NCBI GenBank assembly: GCA_964057225.1
Contig: OZ059899.1
Coordinates: forward strand, 2,356,001-2,420,000
Length of the DNA: 64,000 nucleotides
DNA from: Auanema rhodensis
Lineage: Eukaryota > Animalia > Nematoda
Reading direction: 5' to 3'
The notes under the pieces are model-generated. The model saw only the letters and a list, made by a program, of their open reading frames with translations. It ran no database searches and was not told where the DNA came from. Each line of letters starts with the position of its first letter. Position 1 is the first letter of the stretch. Positions 24,716 to 36,115 of the stretch are shown in pieces. The position numbers were made by a program, and so were the translations under genes.

Positions 24716-26294
24716 GTTTTTGGAAGCAATGTTGAGTGTACATGGAAACTCAACATACACTAATGCATCATTTTTCAAACGATCATAACTAATTTTTGTA
24801 TCAAGCGTTTCTCAATGTAGTATAGTGCATTCGATGCGGATTTTTAAGCTGCGTCGATCTGTGTTATCAGATTTGCGCTAGCTTAAAAATGCACCGAGAT
24901 ATCAACTGATATAAGTTCACACTTATATCCTCGATTTTCACCCTGAAGAATTAATTTTTTCGTTGAATAACATTGTCCATCGTCTTTGCCGTGAAAAATG
25001 GAATCTAAAAACATCTACTTTTTGCTAAATTATTTTGAAATTTTTGGAAAAAATTTTTGTCAAAATGTTTTTGGAAGCAATGTTGAGTGTACATGGAAAC
25101 TCAACATACACTAATGCATCATTTTTCAAACAATCATAACTAATTTGTGTATTAAGCGTTTCTCAATGTAGTATAGTGCATTCGATGCGGATTTTTAAGC
25201 TGCGTCGATCTGTGTTATCAGATTTGCGCTAGCTTAAAAATGCACCGAGATATCAACTGATATAAGTTCACACTTATATCCTCGATTTTCACCCTGAAGA
25301 ATTGATTTTTTCGTTGAATAACATTGTCTATCGTCTTTGCCTTGAAAAATGGAATCTAAAAACATCTACTTTTTGCTAAATTATTTTGAAATTTTTCGAA
25401 AAAATTTTTGTCAAAATGTTTTTGGAAGCAATGTTGAGTGTACATGGAAACTCAACATACACTAATGCATCATTTTTCAAACAATCATAACTAATTTGTG
25501 TATTAAGCGTTTCTCAATGTAGTATAGTGCATTCGATGCGGATTTTTAAGCTGCGTCGATCTGTGTTATCAGATTTGCGCTAGCTTAAAAATGCACCGAG
25601 ATATCAACTGATATAAGTTCACACTTATATCCTCGATTTTCACCCTGAAGAATTGATTTTTTCGTTGAATAACATTGTCTATCGTCTTTGCCTTGAAAAA
25701 TGGAATTTAAAAACATCTACTTTTTGCTAAATTATTTTGAAATTTTTCGAAAAAATTTTTGTCAAAATGTTTTTGGAAGCAATGTTGAGTGTACATGGAA
25801 ACTCAACATACACTAATGCATCATTTTTCAAACAATCATAACTAATTTGTGTATTAAGCGTTTCTCAATGTAGTATAGTGCATTCGATGCGGATTTTTAA
25901 GCTGCGTCGATCTGTGTTATCAGATTTGCGCTAGCTTAAAAATGCACCGAGATATCAACTGATATAAGTTCACACTTATATCCTCGATTTTCACCCTGAA
26001 GAATTGATTTTTTCGTTGAATAACATTGTCTATCGTCTTTGCCTTGAAAAATGGAATCTAAAAACATCTACTTTTTGCTAAATTATTTTGAAATTTTTGG
26101 AAAAAATTTTTGTCAAAATGTTTTTGGAAGCAATGTTGAGTGTACATGGAAACTCAACATACACTAATGCATCATTTTTCAAACAATCATAACTAATTTG
26201 TGTATTAAGCGTTTCTTAATGTAGTATAGTGCATTCGATGCGGATTTTTAAGCTGCGTCGATCTGTGTTATCAGATTTGCGCTAGATTAAAAAT
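24716..26294. repeat. 351-bp satellite spacer, ~4.5 monomers (last monomer cut by deletion)
   Basis: Resumes at GTTTTTGGAAGC after element 1 and ends mid-monomer at GCTAGATTAAAAAT. Confidence 0.97.
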
Positions 26295-28506
26295 TACCGA
26301 CAATCTCTCCTTTCGTTATCGTGGTTGGCTGGCATGTCATGTTAGCCACAATCACTGTAGTGGAACTATTGGTGTCCACTTTACATATTCCCGTGGGTAT
26401 ATCACTCCTATGGGATACCAGTAAGCTATCTTTCTGCTCGTCACATGAGATTTGTAGCGTTCTACTTTTATTCGCAGGTATATAAACTCTCTGTAAGGCT
26501 ATGGCCTCTTTTCTATAAAACTTCAAAGATATGCCCAAATCTTTCAGGGCATTCGTACCAATAAGTATAGAATCATCTCTACTTTTTCTCACCAAAAAAC
26601 ATACTTGTGCAGTTTTTTTACTTTCTGAGCAATAAACTTCACAGCTTATTGCTCCAACAAAATTCATTCGCGTACCCGAGGCATTCGCTATGAACTTATC
26701 TCCATTCCAAGGAAGTTGAGTTACACTTCTATCTAAGTCAACCCCTTCATTCATCAAATTAACTAGAGCTTGTGACGACATCACTGATATTTGTGATCCC
26801 GTGTCAATAAGAACTTTTTTATTTCTCATACTGCAGATTAACATAGGTAGTAAACTCTGCTCACCAATCAATTTTGCATCATAGCTGTTGTTGCATGTTT
26901 TGATAGTTTTGTTCCATGCAACAGCTTGCTTATTCATAACAGAACCCATATTGTTCTGTTCTTCTTCAATTCTTTTAGAATTGTCTGATGGTCGTTTTCT
27001 CTCAGCACAATGTGTTGCTATATGACCACTTCTGTTACATATGTAACAAATAACTTCTTTTCTCTGTGGAAAATTACGAACCTTTTCAGTTACGTAACTG
27101 CCACGATTGGTCATGTGTTGACCACTAGCAGTATTATTCTGCTTCAAAAATCTCAGCCTGGGCAGGTTTACTTCAGGTATTCTGTCCTTTCTATGCTGAT
27201 TGTAGTGAATGCGCTTATTTCTTTCACAACGTAAAGCGACCTCTTTCACCTTCTCATACACCTCCCCTTCTTCACTAGTCTCTATTGTCTCAAGTACTTG
27301 TAATGCACAAGTACATTCTCTGAGTACCTCATACAAGACTTGAGCTCTTGTGAACGATAACTTTGACATAGACAATCCGGGGTAAGCCTTCCTAGAAGTT
27401 TCTTCTAGTTTCTTACAAAAGCTTATTAGATTGCTATTGTTGTCAAACTTCAAAGATTTAAGAGCAGCTATGGCATCTAACCTACTTGCTCTCTTAGAAT
27501 ACTCATGTTGCTTATTCAGTTCCTCTATTATTTTGTCGAGCGAACTGTTTCTGATTATTTCAGGCAACTCATCATACCTATCTCTCGCCTCTCCTCTTAA
27601 TTTTTCTACAAACAGCGTTCTGCGGCCGCTTGCCGACCACGTGCTTTTTGGGTATTTCAGGTGAAACCCTTCTACAAAATGGTTCCATTTCTCGAACGAC
27701 CCACTCGAAAAACTTGGAACATCAGGCAGCAATTGCGCTCGCATTATGTCCAAAAACGCTTCATTCTGCGCGCTGAGTCCATTAAAAGGCAAAGATGACT
27801 CACCCTTGGAGTCTAATCCCTCTTTTTTTTCCTGTTCCTGTTGAACATCCGTCAACCATTTCTGAGTTGTTCCTAACTCCTTCTGTCGATGCAACTGTAA
27901 AATATATTCAATTTCAGAATTTTCCTCTTCTATTTTACCTGCTGCTTTGTCATCAATCATCATATCCGCCATAGCTAATTGCGCTTGGCTCTCGATAGCT
28001 GCTGATCTCTGCAAATTAAAACTATTAAATATTTCATGCTTCAAAGATTTTTTATCACATTTGAAAAAATCGCATAAATCTTTCATAGTACTATTAATGG
28101 CCCTCATCTCGTCCACTATCTCACTTTCATTGAGTTGGAAAATCTCACAAATGAATTTAGTTGTTTCCGCTCGTTTATCAGCTAACTTCAGAGTATTACC
28201 CAACTCTGAAGGCTTTTTGAGCCCACTCTTGTTCATTACTGTAATAATGGACTGGATAAATCTCCAATTTTGCCCTTTTCGCAATTCACTAGCTAAATTT
28301 TGCTTTATTGAGTTTATCAAATTAGCAACTTTCTGCTCTGCTCTCCTTTTCTCAGCAGAATTCCTGATTTTTTCCGTAAAATCTTTACGTAAACAATCAT
28401 TCAACGGCTCTATAGCCGATAATATTTCAGAGATGAATGAATTCAACATTACCTCTTCAAATGCGCTCTCGAAGTCCATATCGAGCAATTCATTCACAAA
28501 TGACAT
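26287..28506 (-). CDS. gag: Gag-protease, C-terminally truncated (739 aa; ends GNF* using a satellite-derived stop)
   Basis: Same protein as copy 1 up to KGEIVG; TAA at 26287-26289 lies in satellite sequence. Confidence 0.85.
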   Translation of the reverse strand: MSFVNELLDMDFESAFEEVMLNSFISEILSAIEPLNDCLRKDFTEKIRNSAEKRRAEQKVANLINSIKQNLASELRKGQNWRFIQSIITVMNKSGLKKPSELGNTLKLADKRAETTKFICEIFQLNESEIVDEMRAINSTMKDLCDFFKCDKKSLKHEIFNSFNLQRSAAIESQAQLAMADMMIDDKAAGKIEEENSEIEYILQLHRQKELGTTQKWLTDVQQEQEKKEGLDSKGESSLPFNGLSAQNEAFLDIMRAQLLPDVPSFSSGSFEKWNHFVEGFHLKYPKSTWSASGRRTLFVEKLRGEARDRYDELPEIIRNSSLDKIIEELNKQHEYSKRASRLDAIAALKSLKFDNNSNLISFCKKLEETSRKAYPGLSMSKLSFTRAQVLYEVLRECTCALQVLETIETSEEGEVYEKVKEVALRCERNKRIHYNQHRKDRIPEVNLPRLRFLKQNNTASGQHMTNRGSYVTEKVRNFPQRKEVICYICNRSGHIATHCAERKRPSDNSKRIEEEQNNMGSVMNKQAVAWNKTIKTCNNSYDAKLIGEQSLLPMLICSMRNKKVLIDTGSQISVMSSQALVNLMNEGVDLDRSVTQLPWNGDKFIANASGTRMNFVGAISCEVYCSESKKTAQVCFLVRKSRDDSILIGTNALKDLGISLKFYRKEAIALQRVYIPANKSRTLQISCDEQKDSLLVSHRSDIPTGICKVDTNSSTTVIVANMTCQPTTITKGEIVGNF

Positions 28507-29314
28507 TTCACCTATCAATGAAAAAAAATTACTAGAAGTTTCCTCTACTAATTTATTGCTATTTGAAAGAATCAAACAAGCACTTATATCAAGAAAATTG
28601 AATTTACTTGATATTAGTTACTACTACCCAAGTTCTGAATGTAGTTCACAGCGGAAGAAATCAGAAAAAGTGTTTAAAAGAAAACACTTTAACAAAAAAC
28701 AACCGTACAACAATATACCAAGAGACACTGTTGTTACCAACACTGTCAAATGATAATTGTTCTGTAAACTTCACTTTTATTCGGCAAATACCAAACAAAA
28801 TTGAATGAATACAAACAGAACCCTATTCAGGTAGCAGTGACTTTTTCACCAAACTCTATTCGAGCTTTCAAACAGGGTTATATGAGCAATTAGCCCAACC
28901 CAAACAATAAAATAGTGAAGACCGGTTCGGCCCCCAAATCAAAGAACGAAAAATAAAAAGAGAAAGATTTATTAAAGAAAACAAAAAAAAATACAAAAAA
29001 ATTCAAGAGAAAATTCCAAACTGAAAAAAATATAAAAAAATTCCTTATCACAATAATTTTAGGACAAAAACAACTAAATATTGTTTTAATCAGATTACGG
29101 TAGTTGATTATCAACAGTTCACTGTTTACCAACAATCTCTAAATGGAGCGCGATTACTATGGATTGTTTTATCAATGGGTCATTTTATTCAAATTATTCA
29201 TTTTATTTAATTTTTTGATGAATAATTGTTATCTTAATATTTTATATAAATTATATTATATATTTATCTTCATTTATACTATTCATTTTAGTATCTATAG
29301 CCATATTCTTGACA
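26294..29314 (-). mobile_element. Same LTR element, copy 2, lacking 3' LTR, PPT and ORF C-terminus
   Basis: Matches 21694-24714 at offset +4600; fused directly to satellite at 26294. Confidence 0.95.
28937..29314 (-). repeat. 5' LTR, copy 2
   Basis: Same 378-bp sequence, adjacent PBS. Confidence 0.95.
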
Positions 29315-29315
29315 C

Positions 29316-32300
29316 GTTTTTGGAAGCAATGTTGAGTGTACATGGAAACTCAACATACACTAATGCATCATTTTTCAAACGATCATAACTAATTTTTGTA
29401 TCAAGCGTTTCTCAATGTAGTATAGTGCATTCGATGCGGATTTTTAAGCTGCGTCGATCTGTGTTATCAGATTTGCGCTAGCTTAAAAATGCACCGAGAT
29501 ATCAACTGATATAAGTTCACACTTATATCCTCGATTTTCACCCTGAAGAATTAATTTTTTCGTTGAATAACATTGTCCATCGTCTTTGCCGTGAAAAATG
29601 GAATCTAAAAACATCTACTTTTTGCTAAATTATTTTGAAATTTTTCGAAAAAATTTTTGTCAAAATGTTTTTGGAAGCAATGTTGAGTGTACATGGAAAC
29701 TCAACATACACTAATGCATCATTTTTCAAACAATCATAACTAATTTGTGTATTAAGCGTTTCTCAATGTAGTATAGTGCATTCGATGCGGATTTTTAAGC
29801 TGCGTCGATCTGTGTTATCAGATTTGCGCTAGCTTAAAAATGCACCGAGATATCAACTGATATAAGTTCACACTTATATCCTCGATTTTCACCCTGAAGA
29901 ATTGATTTTTTCGTTGAATAACATTGTCTATCGTCTTTGCCTTGAAAAATGGAATCTAAAAACATCTACTTTTTGCTAAATTATTTTGAAATTTTTCGAA
30001 AAAATTTTTGTCAAAATGTTTTTGGAAGCAATGTTGAGTGTACATGGAAACTCAACATACACTAATGCATCATTTTTCAAACAATCATAACTAATTTGTG
30101 TATTAAGCGTTTCTCAATGTAGTATAGTGCATTCGATGCGGATTTTTAAGCTGCGTCGATCTGTGTTATCAGATTTGCGCTAGCTTAAAAATGCACCGAG
30201 ATATCAACTGATATAAGTTCACACTTATATCCTCGATTTTCACCCTGAAGAATTGATTTTTTCGTTGAATAACATTGTCTATCGTCTTTGCCTTGAAAAA
30301 TGGAATTTAAAAACATCTACTTTTTGCTAAATTATTTTGAAATTTTTCGAAAAAATTTTTGTCAAAATGTTTTTGGAAGCAATGTTGAGTGTACATGGAA
30401 ACTCAACATACACTAATGCATCATTTTTCAAACAATCATAACTAATTTTTGTATCAAGCGTTTCTCAATGTAGTATAGTGCATTCGATGCGGATTTTTAA
30501 GCTGCGTCGATCTGTGTTATCAGATTTGCGCTAGCTTAAAAATGCACCGAGATATCAACTGATATAAGTTCACACTTATATCCTCGATTTTCACCCTGAA
30601 GAATTGATTTTTTCGTTGAATAACATTGTCTATCGTCTTTGCCTTGAAAAATGGAATTTAAAAACATCTACTTTTTGCTAAATTATTTTGAAATTTTTCG
30701 AAAAAATTTTTGTCAAAATGTTTTTGGAAGCAATGTTGAGTGTACATGGAAACTCAACATACACTAATGCATCATTTTTCAAACGATCATAACTAATTTT
30801 TGTATCAAGCGTTTCTCAATGTAGTATAGTGCATTCGATGCGGATTTTTAAGCTGCGTCGATCTGTGTTATCAGATTTGCGCTAGCTTAAAAATGCACCG
30901 AGATATCAACTGATATAAGTTCACACTTATATCCTCGATTTTCACCCTGAAGAATTAATTTTTTCGTTGAATAACATTGTCCATCGTCTTTGCCTTGAAA
31001 AATGGAATCTAAAAACATCTACTTTTTGCTAAATTATTTTGAAATTTTTGGAAAAAATTTTTGTCAAAATGTTTTTGGAAGCAATGTTGAGTGTACATGG
31101 AAACTCAACATACACTAATGCATCATTTTTCAAACAATCATAACTAATTTGTGTATTAAGCGTTTCTCAATGTAGTATAGTGCATTCGATGCGGATTTTT
31201 AAGCTGCATCGATCTGTGTATCAGATTTGCGCTAGCTTAAAAATGCACCGAGATATCAACTGATATAAGTTCACACTTATATCCTCGATTTTCACCCTGA
31301 AGAATTGATTTTTTCGTTGAATAACATTGTCTATCGTCTTTGCCTTGAAAAATGGAATCTAAAAACATCTACTTTTTGCTAAATTATTTTGAAATTTTTC
31401 GAAAAAATTTTTGTCAAAATGTTTTTGGAAGCAATGTTGAGTGTACATGGAAACTCAACATACACTAATGCATCATTTTTCAAACGATCATAACTAATTT
31501 TTGTATCAAGCGTTTCTCAATGTAGTATAGTGCATTCGATGCGGATTTTTAAGCTGCGTCGATCTGTGTTATCAGATTTGCGCTAGCTTAAAAATGCACC
31601 GAGATATCAACTGATATAAGTTCACACTTATATCCTCGATTTTCACCCTGAAGAATTAATTTTTTCGTTGAATAACATTGTCTATCGTCTTTGCCTTGAA
31701 AAATGGAATCTAAAAACATCTACTTTTTGCTAAATTATTTTGAAATTTTTCGAAAAAATTTTTGTCAAAATGTTTTTGGAAGCAATGTTGAGTGTACATG
31801 GAAACTCAACATACACTAATGCATCATTTTTCAAACGATCATAACTAATTTTTGTATCAAACGTTTCTCAATGTAGTATAGTGCATTCGATGCGGATTTT
31901 TAAGCTGCGTCGATCTGTGTTATCAGATTTGCGCTAGCTTAAAAATGCACCGAGATGTCAACTGATATAAGTTCACACTTATATCCTCGATTTTCACCCT
32001 GAAGAATTGATTTTTTCGTTGAATAACATTGTCTATCGTCTTTGCCTTGAAAAATGGAATTTAAAAACATCTACTTTTTGCTAAATTATTCTGAAATTTT
32101 TCGAAAAAATTTTTGTCAAAATGTTTTTGGAAGCAATGTTGAGTGTACATGGAAACTCAACATACACTAATGCATCATTTTTCAAACAATCATAACTAAT
32201 TTTTGTATCAAGCGTTTCTTAATGTAGTATAGTGCATTCGATGCGGATTTTTAAGCTGCGTCGATCTGTGTTATCAGATTTGCGCTAGATTAAAAATGCA

Positions 32301-32473
32301 CCGAGATATCAACTGATATAAGTTCACACTTATATCCTCGATTTGCACCCTGAAGAATTAATTTTTTCGTTGAATAACATTGTCCATCGTCTTTGCCTTA
32401 AAAAAAGGAATCTAAAAACATCTACTTTTTGCTAAATTATTTTGAAATTTTTCGAAAAAATTTTTGTCAAAAT
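29316..32473. repeat. 351-bp satellite spacer, 9 monomers
   Basis: 3,158 bp = 9x351 minus a 1-bp deletion near 31219 (CTGTGTATCAG). Confidence 0.97.
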
Positions 32474-32851
32474 AATCAAAGAACGAAAAATAAAAAGAGA
32501 AAGATTTATTAAAGAAAACAAAAAAAAATACAAAAAAATTCAAGAGAAAATTCCAAACTGAAAAAAATATAAAAAAATTCCTTATCACAATAATTTTAGG
32601 ACAAAAACAACTAAATATTGTTTTAATCAGATTACGGTAGTTGATTATCAACAGTTCACTGTTTACCAACAATCTCTAAATGGAGCGCGATTACTATGGA
32701 TTGTTTTATCAATGGGTCATTTTATTCAAATTATTCATTTTATTTAATTTTTTGATGAATAATTGTTATCTTAATATTTTATATAAATTATATTATATAT
32801 TTATCTTCATTTATACTATTCATTTTAGTATCTATAGCCATATTCTTGACA
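32474..32851 (-). repeat. 3' LTR, copy 3
   Basis: Same 378-bp sequence, adjacent PPT. Confidence 0.95.
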
Positions 32852-32996
32852 TCCCCGGCCTCTCAAATTTCTCGTCCCGAGAAAAAATTCTTCTTATTAC
32901 TATTTATTCAATAGTTTAACAGTTTCATTAAAAACAATAATAAAAATAAACATTTACAACATACATGAGAAAATTTAAATTTCAACAAGAAATTAG

Positions 32997-35306
32997 TTAT
33001 GGTGCTGTTTTTTTAAACTGTTGTTGAGGCTTATGGGTTTTGTGCATCTCATTCAGTGCAGTCAGCTTTTCAGTCCAATTCTCGGACTCCCATTTACCGA
33101 CAATCTCTCCTTTCGTTATCGTGGTTGGCTGGCATGTCATGTTAGCCACAATCACTGTAGTGGAACTATTGGTGTCCACTTTACATATTCCCGTGGGTAT
33201 ATCACTCCTATGGGATACCAGTAAGCTATCTTTCTGCTCGTCACATGAGATTTGTAGCGTTCTACTTTTATTCGCAGGTATATAAACTCTCTGTAAGGCT
33301 ATGGCCTCTTTTCTATAAAACTTCAAAGATATGCCCAAATCTTTCAGGGCATTCGTACCAATAAGTATAGAATCATCTCTACTTTTTCTCACCAAAAAAC
33401 ATACTTGTGCAGTTTTTTTACTTTCTGAGCAATAAACTTCACAGCTTATTGCTCCAACAAAATTCATTCGCGTACCCGAGGCATTCGCTATGAACTTATC
33501 TCCATTCCAAGGAAGTTGAGTTACACTTCTATCTAAGTCAACCCCTTCATTCATCAAATTAACTAGAGCTTGTGACGACATCACTGATATTTGTGATCCC
33601 GTGTCAATAAGAACTTTTTTATTTCTCATACTGCAGATTAACATAGGTAGTAAACTCTGCTCACCAATCAATTTTGCATCATAGCTGTTGTTGCATGTTT
33701 TGATAGTTTTGTTCCATGCAACAGCTTGCTTATTCATAACAGAACCCATATTGTTCTGTTCTTCTTCAATTCTTTTAGAATTGTCTGATGGTCGTTTTCT
33801 CTCAGCACAATGTGTTGCTATATGACCACTTCTGTTACATATGTAACAAATAACTTCTTTTCTCTGTGGAAAATTACGAACCTTTTCAGTTACGTAACTG
33901 CCACGATTGGTCATGTGTTGACCACTAGCAGTATTATTCTGCTTCAAAAATCTCAGCCTGGGCAGGTTTACTTCAGGTATTCTGTCCTTTCTATGCTGAT
34001 TGTAGTGAATGCGCTTATTTCTTTCACAACGTAAAGCGACCTCTTTCACCTTCTCATACACCTCCCCTTCTTCACTAGTCTCTATTGTCTCAAGTACTTG
34101 TAATGCACAAGTACATTCTCTGAGTACCTCATACAAGACTTGAGCTCTTGTGAACGATAACTTTGACATAGACAATCCGGGGTAAGCCTTCCTAGAAGTT
34201 TCTTCTAGTTTCTTACAAAAGCTTATTAGATTGCTATTGTTGTCAAACTTCAAAGATTTAAGAGCAGCTATGGCATCTAACCTACTTGCTCTCTTAGAAT
34301 ACTCATGTTGCTTATTCAGTTCCTCTATTATTTTGTCGAGCGAACTGTTTCTGATTATTTCAGGCAACTCATCATACCTATCTCTCACCTCTCCTCTTAA
34401 TTTTTCTACAAACAGCGTTCTGCGGCCGCTTGCCGACCACGTGCTTTTTGGGTATTTCAGGTGAAACCCTTCTACAAAATGGTTCCATTTCTCGAACGAC
34501 CCACTCGAAAAACTTGGAACATCAGGCAGCAATTGCGCTCGCATTATGTCCAAAAACGCTTCATTCTGCGCGCTGAGTCCATTAAAAGGCAAAGATGACT
34601 CACCCTTGGAGTCTAATCCCTCTTTTTTTTCCTGTTCCTGTTGAACATCCGTCAACCATTTCTGAGTTGTTCCTAACTCCTTCTGTCGATGCAACTGTAA
34701 AATATATTCAATTTCAGAATTTTCCTCTTCTATTTTACCTGCTGCTTTGTCATCAATCATCATATCCGCCATAGCTAATTGCGCTTGGCTCTCGATAGCT
34801 GCTGATCTCTGCAAATTAAAACTATTAAATATTTCATGCTTCAAAGATTTTTTATCACATTTGAAAAAATCGCATAAATCTTTCATAGTACTATTAATGG
34901 CCCTCATCTCGTCCACTATCTCACTTTCATTGAGTTGGAAAATCTCACAAATGAATTTAGTTGTTTCCGCTCGTTTATCAGCTAACTTCAGAGTATTACC
35001 CAACTCTGAAGGCTTTTTGAGCCCACTCTTGTTCATTACTGTAATAATGGACTGGATAAATCTCCAATTTTGCCCTTTTCGCAATTCACTAGCTAAATTT
35101 TGCTTTATTGAGTTTATCAAATTAGCAACTTTCTGCTCTGCTCTCCTTTTCTCAGCAGAATTCCTGATTTTTTCCGTAAAATCTTTACGTAAACAATCAT
35201 TCAACGGCTCTATAGCCGATAATATTTCAGAGATGAATGAATTCAACATTACCTCTTCAAATGCGCTCTCGAAGTCCATATCGAGCAATTCATTCACAAA
35301 TGACAT
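32997..35306 (-). CDS. gag: Gag-aspartic protease polyprotein, 769 aa
   Basis: As copy 1 but with GEVRD instead of GEARD. Confidence 0.92.
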   Translation of the reverse strand: MSFVNELLDMDFESAFEEVMLNSFISEILSAIEPLNDCLRKDFTEKIRNSAEKRRAEQKVANLINSIKQNLASELRKGQNWRFIQSIITVMNKSGLKKPSELGNTLKLADKRAETTKFICEIFQLNESEIVDEMRAINSTMKDLCDFFKCDKKSLKHEIFNSFNLQRSAAIESQAQLAMADMMIDDKAAGKIEEENSEIEYILQLHRQKELGTTQKWLTDVQQEQEKKEGLDSKGESSLPFNGLSAQNEAFLDIMRAQLLPDVPSFSSGSFEKWNHFVEGFHLKYPKSTWSASGRRTLFVEKLRGEVRDRYDELPEIIRNSSLDKIIEELNKQHEYSKRASRLDAIAALKSLKFDNNSNLISFCKKLEETSRKAYPGLSMSKLSFTRAQVLYEVLRECTCALQVLETIETSEEGEVYEKVKEVALRCERNKRIHYNQHRKDRIPEVNLPRLRFLKQNNTASGQHMTNRGSYVTEKVRNFPQRKEVICYICNRSGHIATHCAERKRPSDNSKRIEEEQNNMGSVMNKQAVAWNKTIKTCNNSYDAKLIGEQSLLPMLICSMRNKKVLIDTGSQISVMSSQALVNLMNEGVDLDRSVTQLPWNGDKFIANASGTRMNFVGAISCEVYCSESKKTAQVCFLVRKSRDDSILIGTNALKDLGISLKFYRKEAIALQRVYIPANKSRTLQISCDEQKDSLLVSHRSDIPTGICKVDTNSSTTVIVANMTCQPTTITKGEIVGKWESENWTEKLTALNEMHKTHKPQQQFKKTAP

Positions 35307-35736
35307 TTCACCTATCAATGAAAAAAAATTACTAGAAGTTTCCTCTACTAATTTATTGCTATTTGAAAGAATCAAACAAGCACTTATATCAAGAAAATTG
35401 AATTTACTTGATATTAGTTACTACTACCCAAGTTCTGAATGTAGTTCACAGCGGAAGAAATCAGAAAAAGTGTTTAAAAGAAAACACTTTAACCAAAAAC
35501 AACCGTACAACAATATACCAAGAGACACTGTTGTTACCAACACTGTCAAATGATAATTGTTCTGTAAACTTCACTTTTATTCGGCAAATACCAAACAAAA
35601 TTGAATGAATACAAACAGAACCCTATTCAGGTAGCAGTGACTTTTTCACCAAACTCTATTCGAGCTTTCAAACAGGGTTATATGAGCAATTAGCTCAACC
35701 CAAACAATAAAATAGTGAAGACCGGTTCGGCCCCCA

Positions 35737-36114
35737 AATCAAAGAACGAAAAATAAAAAGAGAAAGATTTATTAAAGAAAACAAAAAAAAATACAAAAAA
35801 ATTCAAGAGAAAATTCCAAACTGAAAAAAATATAAAAAAATTCCTTATCACAATAATTTTAGGACAAAAACAACTAAATATTGTTTTAATCAGATTACGG
35901 TAGTTGATTATCAACAGTTCACTGTTTACCAACAATCTCTAAATGGAGCGCGATTACTATGGATTGTTTTATCAATGGGTCATTTTATTCAAATTATTCA
36001 TTTTATTTAATTTTTTGATGAATAATTGTTATCTTAATATTTTATATAAATTATATTATATATTTATCTTCATTTATACTATTCATTTTAGTATCTATAG
36101 CCATATTCTTGACA
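35737..36114 (-). repeat. 5' LTR, copy 3
   Basis: Same 378-bp sequence, adjacent PBS. Confidence 0.95.
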
Positions 36115-36115
36115 C

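Larger units (their letters stand above)
32474..36114 (-). mobile_element. Same LTR element, copy 3, complete
   Basis: Copy 1 at offset +11400, same junctions; one SNP seen (34387, Ala>Val). Confidence 0.95.
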
